From assembly GCA_905178155.1 (NCBI GenBank), contig CAJINV010000001.1, positions 543,643 to 607,642 on the forward strand: DNA of 64,000 bases, read 5' to 3'. A program made the translations under genes and the position numbers. The stretch comes from Amoebophrya sp. A120. Its lineage: Eukaryota; Protista; Dinoflagellata. The notes under the pieces were generated by a model, which did no database searches, was not told where the DNA came from, and saw nothing but the letters and a program-made list of their open reading frames with translations. Shown here in pieces: positions 51,776 through 62,142 of the stretch; positions within the stretch are counted from its first letter, which is position 1, and every line of letters starts with the position of its first letter.

Positions 51776-52291
51776 AGGTTACACGGCCTCACCGACCGTG
51801 CCCCTGCAGGTGTGTCTCCCGTGGAAATGTTGTTGTTGGTTGGCAGTAAGCTGTAAGACAAAGGAGGCAGTCAGCGTTGGAAGTGTCTGTAGAGTCGGAG
51901 TGCAGTTGAGAGCAAGTAGGAGGCAAGAGTAGTAGCGCACGCGGTTGCGCAGTTGGAAGCATGTAGAAATCAGGTTGGCACCGTGGAAGGCGTCAGCGCT
52001 GCTGCTTGGCGGGCCGGTTGTTCCTCGTCTTGTCGAGGATCACCCCGTCGGTGGTGCGCTCTTGTTAGTCGCGTGCAGTGCTTGCACATGCATGCGTGGC
52101 TATGCGGAGTGCTGCTTCTTAGGCTCGCCTGAGCAGCAGCGGCTCACGCCGCCATTCGAGGGTCGTTGGTACCTCGGCGCCCGCGGTTGTCACGTAGGTA
52201 GCACCGTCCCCCTTCGTCGAGCGGTGGTGGGAGCGTCTCCTGGGTGTGCCTCAGTCGGCACCCTCTCCTTGGGAGAGCGGCGATGGCAAAA

Positions 52292-52477
52292 GGACGCTCC
52301 CGTCGTGGTACCGCGATCTCGTAGCGATCGCGCCGTGATGATCTCCCGTTGCTGCCTGCTCGGTGCGGCAGCCGGTCGTGCGCTCGGCGATTCTCATGGG
52401 ACCAGGAGACGTGCATACCAATCAGTAAAGCCAGAAAGAGAGTAAGAACAAATACCACATACAAAAGGAGAATAAAT
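52292..52477 (+). repeat. Internal repeat B1+C1 (B2 at 58872-58926; C2 at 60143-60273)
   Basis: 55-bp B (GGACGCTCCC...GATCTCC) directly abuts 131-bp C (CGTTGCTGCC...GAATAAAT). Few mismatches to the distal copies. Confidence 0.92.
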
Positions 52478-52661
52478 TAGCAGGCGAGGAACGAGATCGC
52501 GGATTTATTCCACTTTGAACGTGCGTAAGAGTGAAAAACACATGCTGCACGCGTGCGCGTGCCTGTATATGTATGCATTGGGTAGCAGGACCTAGATCGG
52601 ATCACGGCCACGGTGTCACGATTCGTATCTGTTTTTCTCCCACCCACCCACTCCTTGTAAG

Positions 52662-54068
52662 ATGTTAAGCGACGACGACAGTGATCTGGCTGCAGAGTTG
52701 AAGCAGCAAGCGCAGAAGAACGTAGAGTCGTACGACTCGCTTGTCACGGCATTCGGAGAAAGGCGGGCCGAAGCAGCCCTGCGGGCGTACACCGCGACCG
52801 GCAGTAGGCTGGAGCCCGGGTCTGTGGCGAGCTCGTCAGCGCTCCCCAGTGCGCTGTATACGCACCAGCAGATATGCGGTAAACCACCGGCAGAAAGTAA
52901 AGCAGGCGTGATGTGGCTGAAGCCAGCGCAGGCGCATCACCTCCTCGGTCAACTGTCGAAGCTGAAGTTTGTCACACAGCACACGGAGAGCGGGAAACTC
53001 ATCGGAGTCAGCGTAACGCAGAAGGTTGACCCGTTTGCGAGGTCCATGTCGTGCGACATCCCGAAGAGTTTGTTTTTGGAAAGAGCAGCAGAAGGCCAGC
53101 AGCATCTGCACGAGCTGTTTTCTGGGGCCACGAAAGACGCAGTGTCGAACGCGCAGAGCAAAATGCAGTTAGCTTTGGAAATAGCGTCAGACCCGCTGCA
53201 GCTGAAGACGGCGCTGGACGCACTGGACGGTATGGCGAGTACGCGCAAAGCGGATGAAAATAGGGACTCTAGAGTTAAAAGATACTTGCGCACTGCAGGC
53301 CAGCTCCCCTACTTATTGTGGTCGTGCGACTCTGTCCGTAGTTACATAGGGGTCTGCATGACTGCCGGCTACGCCAGCACTCAGCCTGCAGCGCGTGACG
53401 TTTTACAAGACAAAAGAAGTAGGCTGAATGAAGAAGAGGCGAGCGCCATTGAGAAAACGCTGAGTACACTTGTGAGGAGAGGCTTTCTTGGGAGGAAGAA
53501 ACAAAAAAGCCCGTTAACTATTACGCACATACATAAGTACTGCAGCAGTGGCGCCCTACAGTTCAAAGAAGCAATTGTTTTGTTAATGGCATGGTGCGGA
53601 GCACTCAGAAAAAGCGAAGTACTGAAGTTAGACATCTACGGCAGAGGGGGAAAGGGTCTGATCATGTTAAAATGCGAAGGAAGAGATCTCGCGCTGAACT
53701 TCCAAGAAGCCAGCACTAAGGTTAATGCCTACAGCGTAGTACGCATTAAATGCGTCTGTGAGCAATTAAAAGCGTTGAACTACCCCCGTTATTATTGTAC
53801 ATGTCAGCTTCGTCACATGCTACCACATCTCACACGTGAAGAGTTAGACGCTTCCAAAATCATGAAGCATGTTTTCACCGAGGCAGAAGTCGCTAGCCAT
53901 AGTTGGCGCATAGGGGCAGCGTGCCGCCTTTATCTTAATAAGGTAGAGCCGCTCCGTGTTGTCATACACTGTCGCTGGAGCAATCTCCAAATGTTGTTAT
54001 ATTATATCCGGTCCATTCCGTATGTGTCGAAAGAAATGTTCGTAGATCTTGACTCTGCTGGCATCTAG
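52662..54068 (+). CDS. Tyrosine recombinase (468 aa)
   Basis: Catalytic boxes GALRKSEV (R), SHSWRIGAA (HxxR) and CRWSNLQMLLYY (W...Y). Confidence 0.9.
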   Translation: MLSDDDSDLAAELKQQAQKNVESYDSLVTAFGERRAEAALRAYTATGSRLEPGSVASSSALPSALYTHQQICGKPPAESKAGVMWLKPAQAHHLLGQLSKLKFVTQHTESGKLIGVSVTQKVDPFARSMSCDIPKSLFLERAAEGQQHLHELFSGATKDAVSNAQSKMQLALEIASDPLQLKTALDALDGMASTRKADENRDSRVKRYLRTAGQLPYLLWSCDSVRSYIGVCMTAGYASTQPAARDVLQDKRSRLNEEEASAIEKTLSTLVRRGFLGRKKQKSPLTITHIHKYCSSGALQFKEAIVLLMAWCGALRKSEVLKLDIYGRGGKGLIMLKCEGRDLALNFQEASTKVNAYSVVRIKCVCEQLKALNYPRYYCTCQLRHMLPHLTREELDASKIMKHVFTEAEVASHSWRIGAACRLYLNKVEPLRVVIHCRWSNLQMLLYYIRSIPYVSKEMFVDLDSAGI

Positions 54069-54275
54069 TTGTACATGTATAGTGGGAAAATGTAAAATTG
54101 GGAAATGTAAAGAAGTTGGCGCATCTGTGTCTCCATGAAGATTGCGTGTTCGTATTGGTCCGCTGGGCCGCGTTCATTCTCGTCGTCAGTTGTAGTTTGA
54201 AAAAAAGCCGCGCGCTCAATCAAAACCGTAGGGAAGAGAGATTTAAGTAAAGAAGAAAGCGTGAAGAAACTCAAG

Positions 54276-55623
54276 ATGGCTGCAGCACCAGGTCCGAACG
54301 TCGCGGCTGCCGCGATGGCTGCGGGTACATGTTTGTTGGCTATAATGCAAATCGTTGTTGCGAATGTGTAATCAGGTCAAAGCAATCATGGCTTCTGTCA
54401 AAGTAATAAATAAACTTACCACACAGTAGGCGGCGAAGGAGCGGAAGCGCGTCGTCTGACCGACTTCCTGGCGCAGAACGAGGACACCATCGCGGTGGCG
54501 CACAACAATTCGCAGCTCAGTATTCCGGAGATGAAGCCGTCCAAGGCGAACTTCTCGCGTGCCTGTAAGCATGTCAACGAGAAGACCGCTGCGGAGCTTG
54601 GTATTGTTTTTTTCATGATGTAAAAAAATGATGCGTGAAACTGCATGTGAGCATGACATGTTGGAAATGACAAATGTGCATATTCCTCTCGGCTTCATCT
54701 CCTCAGGTCGCATCTGGAAGACTGGGATGAACGCGGAAGGCGAGTCGTGCAAGAACCCGTGCAGTGTGACCTCGTTGCTCAGCGCGCTGTCGGCGAAAAT
54801 CCACCGTGACAACGAGGCCGTGCTCAACACCACCAAGCGCGACGCCATCTTGAGTCAGTTCTCCTTGGCCGTGAACGCCTACGATGTGGAGACGGCCACG
54901 AAGGCCATGGGTAACATCCTGATGAAAAGCGACGCCATCACCAGTGATGAAGCGCAGCCCGGGACGACCTGGATCCAGCGTTTTCGCATCTACTTCAGCG
55001 AGGCCCGCTTCGCCAAGTCCTGGCAGGAGGAGTTGACGCGCCTGAAGCAGGTCAAAGAGGGTGTGGGCGAAGTGAACAAGAAGTCGCAGGAGAATTTTGC
55101 GGAGCAGGAGAAGAAGTTGCAGGCTATCTTGGACAAGATCCAGCAAGCGCAGTCGTCGTACAACGCCTCCTACCAGAAGAACGGGCAGAACAAAGGCCAG
55201 TGTTACTTAATCGTGTGCAGTATTGGTTCTTTTGTGTCTACACGTGGAAACATTGAAAAATGATGACGCGGTTGTTTCCTCAAGCTGACCTGCGGCAGCC
55301 CGTGCTGCCTGCTCGTCATGCATCCTTCGGCGCCGTCTGACCATGAGTACAAATGTCGTAAAACTGCAGCACGGTCCAGCATCACATGTTAATCGTAAAA
55401 AAATGACTGTCAAGGTACCGGCAAGTACGGCAAGAACTCCAAGGGCGCGCTCAAGCCCTTGCGCCACACCTTCATGTGCAACGGCGGCGTCTGCACAATG
55501 GAGGATTGCAAGTACAAGCACCCGGCCCGTGGCGAGATCAGCCAGGCCGACTGGGAGAAGATCAAGGCCGGCAAGTTCGCGGCCAAATTCGGCAACGTGG
55601 AGCACGAGTCGTGGTGCAAGTAA
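54276..55623 (+). CDS. Gag-like coiled-coil protein with CCCH finger, 4 exons
   Basis: Predicted GT-AG introns 54325-54429, 54601-54706 and 55202-55414 give one frame ending CNGGVCTMEDCKYKH...WCK*. The gag identity is inferred from position and domain type. Confidence 0.65.
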
Positions 55624-56365
55624 ATGCAGGAGTGTGGCGAGGGTGTGCTTTGAGCGCGCCCTCTGGTGGTTGCGGCATGTCAGGCAGTGTGCGTCAGAAT
55701 GAATTTAGAAAGTCAAACTATATTTATCAATTGTTAAATGTCAAATCACGACGCACAGTCTTTTTTGTGTACGCACACTACTGGCATGTCGCCATGATGA
55801 TGTTGTAAGATTTTTTCTGTATTTTTATTCCTCCAAGAGGGCATGGAAGTAGATGTCAGGACACAAGATAAAGAGCAGGCTGTGGAACACGTTTGTGCCG
55901 GATTGTTGAAATTGTTATCCTCTGTTACTGACTGTCAGCTACACCTTGAAAAGAAAATCGAAGTACACGGAAAAAAGACCACGCAGTGTAGCCACAGTGC
56001 GCAGCGTGGCATGGTCAGGTCAGCTCCTGTTCGACAGCAGTTACAGCAGCAGTCGGTTGTAATTGCACAAGCATGCAAGAGTCGGCTGAAGTAAGAAAAG
56101 CAGAAGGAAGGCCAGACAATCGGTAGCATCGGTCAGGGGGAAATCAAAACGGCAAAGGGGGCAAAGTATACAGCAAATGCGCAGTAAGTGTAGTATCCTC
56201 TCACAGCCATTTTACAAGACATACAAGTTAGCACCGCATAAGTAAACCTCCGGATACCGTTTTATTTGTCACATCTGCACTTGTAAGAAGCTAACTTCTC
56301 GCTTCACAGCCGTTAGTAATTTACATTGATCACAGTTTCCAGCAAGCACCACTTACAGTTACACC

Positions 56366-58683
56366 ATGAAGTTACCCACGGAAAAAGATGTCTACAATGT
56401 GATGAAACGTGTGCAGGTCGACCTCCTTAGGCGACACCCATTTGACACGGCACAAGATTTGCCTAACCCAGCGGAATTGAGCGAGGACTTGTTGAAAGAA
56501 CGACATGAGCAGATCAAGAAGTGGCACGCAGAGGCGAAACAGAGATCGGCAGAATTGTTCTTGCAAGTCGACCCGCGCATCAGGAAGCCGAAAGTGTGTG
56601 CAGAACTCGGTTTCTGGGAGTCGCTGGGTTCGCGGTTCCATCCCAGCGATCCCACCGCTTGGGAAGTGTGGTTACACGGCCTCGATATGATCGGGCCGTG
56701 TAAAGTGGACAGCAGTTGGAGTCCGAGGAAGAAGAAGGATAAAATGTGTGATCCTGTGGAGAGTTTCACCCCCAGTAAAGTTGTGCAGGAAGTGTTAAAG
56801 GGGAACCACCGAAGACCGCCGTGGAGCGATGCAGATATCAAGTTGGTGTGGGAGCGGAGCCTGGCGGAAACGGCGGTGGTAGAGGAGCTCGGGTACGAGC
56901 TGTTAGAAGGCCCGTTTACCATACCGGAGAACATAGCGGATGACAAGGAAGCGCAGGAGAAGGCGTTTTATGGCTATCGCCGCTTTCCGCGCCACCAGAC
57001 GCGGAGAGTCCGGCTGATAGACCCGGCGGCGGCAGCGAGTAGATGTTCGCCTTTAAGTAAGCGGGTACCTATTCCCGGCGCGCTGGACATTTTAACCAAC
57101 GCCGCGGTGGCGGCGGACCCCTCCTGCGTTGGAAAAGGAGTGCCGCGACACAGCAAAGCAGTTTTGAAGCGGTGCAGAGCCGACGAGAGGAAGTACGAGA
57201 AGGCGTTCTTGACGTACGTCAAGGAAGGTAAGAACGAGCTCGACTCCAGTGTGTTGAAAGATGGTGTGAAGGTGCCGGAGTACAGCGAGAAGCCCGTGTT
57301 TGCAGATTGTGGAGGAGCGGGACATAACCGGAAGAAGCGGAGGTCTTGTAACACAATTCTCAATAAAATTGAAATTGTGTTGCTTGATATCGCCAAGTGT
57401 TACAATAGCCTCATGATCCGGCCGGACCACCAGAAGTTTAGCACGGTGCTTGTGTGGAATCCAGAAACGTCGCGGCACGACTATTTTCTGGCCAAGTCGG
57501 CGATATTCGGGTCGCGCCACAGTGTTACCGGGTGGTGCCGGCCGGGGAAGCTGATCAGGTCGGTCCTGCGGCACCACTACGGGTTGAACAGCGACGACTA
57601 CGTGGACGACTTCCCCAACTTTGTCCCGCTGGGACTTGGGGAGTTGGTGCGGGACATGATGTTGGAGCTGCTTGTCATGCTTGGCCTTCCGGCCATGCAT
57701 GACAAGGTCAAGGTGGGACAGGTGTTGGAGGTGCTGGGCTTGCTGTTTGACGTGGCAGAGGCGGCGCCAACAGTAGCGGTCACGGAGCAGAAGAAGCAGC
57801 AGATAGTCGGGGCATGTGAAAAGGCGTTGAAAGAAGGAGTGTTAGACGCAGCGGACGGCAATGAACTCCTCGGCAGGTTAACCTACGTCCTTGCTGCAGT
57901 AGCAGACCGGGCCTTAAGCCCGGTCTTGCGGCCGATAAGAGTGCATTTGTCCCGGGAAGAACTGCAGATCACAAACGCGGTTGCCGCAGCACTGCACGCC
58001 GCGAAGTATGTGATGACCTTACCGTTGAAACGCGCGGTTGGATTCGAAGATGCGTCAGTGTGCAGCGCGTTGCTGTACACTGACGCACAGTGGAGTAACA
58101 AACACGGCGTACTGGCGGCAGTAATAGTAGAAGGAAATAAATTTCGGTGCGTTTGGGAGAGCGTCACAGCGGACATGTTGCATCCGGACTACAAGCTGTC
58201 TCCTATCAACGTGCTGGAGACGTTGACAGCGCCCTTGGCGCTCCAGTTCTATGCAAAATCCCTTTCAGGGAAGCGGTTTGACCATGGTATCGATAACAAA
58301 TGCGCGCAGGAATGTTTGTTACAGCAGGGGAAATGCCGGAAGGAACAGCAGTGGATCTACAACCGGTTGGCAGCGGAATTTTGGTCTGTGGTGGCGAGGT
58401 GGAAAGGAATATGATGCCGTGGAACACCCGCGCTCCCTCCGACTTCAATCTGGCGGATTATCCGACGCGATCGGAAAAGATGCAGGTGCTGAAGAAGTTT
58501 ATGCCAAATTTATTTTGTGAAGAAGTTGAAGGCTTTGGCATGAAGGAGTATTTGAGGAAATTACTGCTCGGGCAGGTGTCTGAAGGTGTGACTAAGCTCG
58601 CAGAAATCATGGTGACTAGTTCCAAGAAAGATGACAGCTGTGCAGATCTGGGTGTAGATTCATCGGATGGAGATTGTGTGTAG
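56366..58683 (+). CDS. Reverse transcriptase-RNase H, frameshifted near 58405
   Basis: RT motifs LDIAKCYN, IFGSRHSV and YVDDF. RNase H motifs LYTDA, INVLE and IDN, with RAPSDFNLADYPTR in the next frame. Confidence 0.9.
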
Positions 58684-61600
58684 ATCGTGTTTTTTTTTTT
58701 TATGGCTTTTTGTGATAATCGCAGCTGACAGTGTGATGGTGTGTGCAGTCTCTCGCGTAGCCGATGCATGCGTATCGCGGCTCGCTTCTTCGCTGTCAGC
58801 GCACGAGCCGTTGTCCAAGATCATCACGTGGATATCAGAAGCAGAGTGGCAAAAGTGTAGCAGAGTGGAGCGGACGCTCCCGTCGTGGTGCCGCGATCTC
58901 GTAGCGATCGCGCCGTGATGATCTCCTAGAGCGGCGAGGGACGAGCCCGCCGTTTTATTCTGGCGACGGGCGTGGAGATAGGCCCAAACGGGCCACCCTG
59001 GTGGTGCTGCCAGGCTGGTGCCTGGCCTTAGTTCTGTACTATTCTGCCCTTTCTGGGCCATTTTGTGTTGATGGAGGGTGCTGCAAGTGCAGCTACACCT
59101 CCAGAAAAGGGCAGCAGGGAGATTTACCTTCGCAGCATCGTTGCTGCGTGGTTTTTCTCTCCCACCCCTCCCACCCTTGCGCACGGTTGCTGCAATATTT
59201 TTGTCCCGTAGCACTTCTGTGATCAGGACCTGTCCTGGATTTCTCTTGGCTGCAGTTTCATTTGCGGCTTGGGTTTTTTGCGCTGTTTCAGTTTTCTGTT
59301 GTTCGCCCACATTTCTTGCGGGGCGCACTAAAGATTCCCCCGGAGTCACCGCAGGATGCGCGCCCCGGGAGACAGCAGTTGCTACAACTGGTGCAAGTAG
59401 TCTCGCTTGTTTACATCATTAGGACAGGATGCGCGAGCCGTGTCAGCTGGGTAGTTGCTGGCGTTTTTGGGATGCACATACTGGCCGGTCTACCATGACC
59501 TCTCAGCGGATCTTCGCCGCGAGGGCGCTGTCACTCTACCCGCAGAGGCGTCGTGTAGTCATGCTCTGGATTGGCTCTTATTAGGGTGTTGGGGCTGGAC
59601 TGTCTGTGCACAGTTCCTCAGCATGTTGGGCAGGTGCTCACAGTTGCCCCACATGCGTCAGTAGTTTTAAGCGCAGGGTGTTGCGCTTTTCATTTCAGGG
59701 AAGCGCTGCGCTGCGACTCTTTGTCCCTGGTTTCAGCCTCTGTTGCTCTTTATTGCTACACCATTTTCTGACGTGTGGACGTCACCTGCGTTTCGCGCTG
59801 TGTGCGGGCGCGAGTACTTGTTGGCGTAGGTTCGTAGATTGAGCACGCCGTAGGTGTGCCGGGAGTGGCGCTTGCGCTGTTCTCCCGCGGCACACACTCT
59901 TGCAGCTCTGGAGAGCGGTTCGACGCTTGGTCGGCCTTCGGTTGAAGCTCATTGGGGGTTCCTTTTCTTGGATCTCTTTCGTGTTTTGGTGCCAACCCCC
60001 CCGCGTGCGGCTTTTGGTGCCGCTTTTTGGGCTTTCTCGCTTCAGTCGATGGTCGACTGCGCTTCGCCCCGCTTTCCGGGCGCTGCTTCTCATCAGGGCC
60101 AGACGGTGTGCCATTCTACTAGCCGCGTCGCACAGAATAAAACGTTGCTGCCTGCTCGGTGCGGCAGCCGGTCGCGCGCTCGGCGATTCTCATGGGACCA
60201 GGAGACGTGCATACCAATCAGCAAAGCCAGAAAGAGAGTAAGAACAAACACCACATACAGAAGGAGAATAAATGGAATGCATCTTCCCTAGATGTGCACA
60301 TAGAAAGATCTGTCGGAGTATTATGAGGGTCAGAAAAACAAAAAAAGTTGCAAATGGCCGCCAATGGACAGGACATAAAGAAACGAGATCAGTGCTTACA
60401 TTACTTTCTACCTTAACTATAAGGATGGATCCTCTTAAAACTCGCAAAGTTTTAGCGTTATTGCAAAATCTCAAAAAGTATTTTTTTCTTACGTGGACAA
60501 AAAAACCCCACTGAAGTGTAAGTATTTGCGTTGTGTGGGATTTATTTCCCTTATACTTGTCAAATTGCTCGCCTTATATTCTTAGGAACACCACATATCC
60601 CGTATATGTGATACCGTCTGAAAATCTGAAAAAATGAAATTTTTCAATTTTTAAAAAAATCATCAAACATTTTAAAAATTGACTTGGAATAAGGTGAAAA
60701 AGATGACTTCGATTGCTAATTTTATACTTTATTGCATTAATTAAGAAAACACGCATTGAAATTGGGAGAAATTCAAGACACTAAAAAAAATTGAAAAAAA
60801 TTTGAAGGCTGCAACATTCAAAAGCTTCCTGATAATTTTAGTCGTAAAAGTCTATAATGTACACACTCTAACACAATGCGCATAATGTGCATTATACTAA
60901 TAAAAGAGCAAACTGACCTGGTCAAAACACAAGAAAATCCGGACCAAGATAGAAAATTAAAAAAGTGCCTTTGTGCAAAGTATGAAAAGTATTCAATATA
61001 AGATGTTCCATAAAGGATAAAGGACAATATATAATGTTTTTTTTGATATTTTCTCAGATTTTATAAGAGTCAGCTGCTTGCAATTGCTCAGATTTTTCAA
61101 GGGCAAAAAAATTTGAAAAAATCTACAAAAGTTTTTCTGTGAAAAAAATACTGAGGATAGGCAATGTCCACATATGGTGGAACTCAAATGGGCTAATAGT
61201 ATACGCTTTTCATTGATTGTGGAAAAGCCTCTTATTGCAAGGCAATCCAGTTAGACTTCCGTGGCAAAAATTAGGAAAAACTCACATCACCTAAAGAAGC
61301 TCACTACAGGAACCCACTGGAAAGGGCCGCACGCGTTGGCCCGGACCTGCTTTGGGTCCCTTAGTCCGCTTCGAGGGACGATTTGCCCCAGCCTGGGCTG
61401 CCTGGATGGGCGACAGTCGCAAGCTTTTCCTGCTACGGCCCCCGCGTCGCGATTATATAAGCCCGAGGCCCCCGATGACCGCGATTCTTTTCATGCGAGG
61501 CCTCGTGGATCGCAATTGCGTCCGCCCGTGGTCCCACGAATCGCGATCGTGTCTGCCGGTGGGCCAGCGAATCGCGATTGTGTTAGTTGAGCGCTGCAAG

Positions 61601-62142
61601 CATACCACGCGGGCCCTTGGGCCCGAAACGGCTGCCGCGGGCCGCTATGTTTCACGCAATCAAGCTAAAAGAGCTGACTGCTCGTACGGCATTAGCAAAC
61701 TGGCAGCGCAGGAGGCATTTTGTTTTTTTCCAGATGAGAAAAATTATAAATCGGAAAAATCGGTTTTTTCGGTCGCGTATTCAGATCCACATACGCGGCA
61801 GGCGCAGGGGTTCCCTCTTGTAGCGCTGGCCATAGGTAGCCGCTGGCTCAGAGTTTCACTTCATATCGACCATTGAAAGAATTCATGTATACTGTAAATA
61901 CGCCTGTCATGAACTCCGTATTACATATTCGGAAACCAGGACTCGTTCCCGTGGTCACGTAATATTCTTATCCCACTGGAAAAAACGCAGCTTGATCAGT
62001 TCTTCGGAGATCGACACGAAGTAGTTCGTTGACGAATACGAATAACGCCACGCTTCATCGGGTGTAGCGCGAGCATTACCTCCTTTTCGAGGAATTTTTA
62101 CTCTTGGTCGCACATTAAGACTTTACACAAGAGCAAGATCTG

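Larger units (their letters stand above)
51708..60273 (+). mobile_element. Tyrosine-recombinase (DIRS-order) retrotransposon with split direct repeats
   Basis: YR, gag-like and RT/RNase H genes plus repeat pattern A..BC.A..ORFs..B..C. Ends are taken as the outermost repeats. Confidence 0.85.

Noticed and set aside
52662-54068. Tyrosine recombinase as mobiliser of the 5-bp-repeat introners
   Set aside because: Variable 5-bp duplications with TIRs point to staggered-cut (DDE-type) integration, and no sequence shared between the YR element ends and the TIRs was seen.
54270-54275. CTCAAG before the gag-like ATG (and CATTTTGGCTC near 32414) as dinoflagellate spliced-leader relics
   Set aside because: The matches are only 6-11 nt, and the longer one is antisense within a coding exon, so chance is sufficient.
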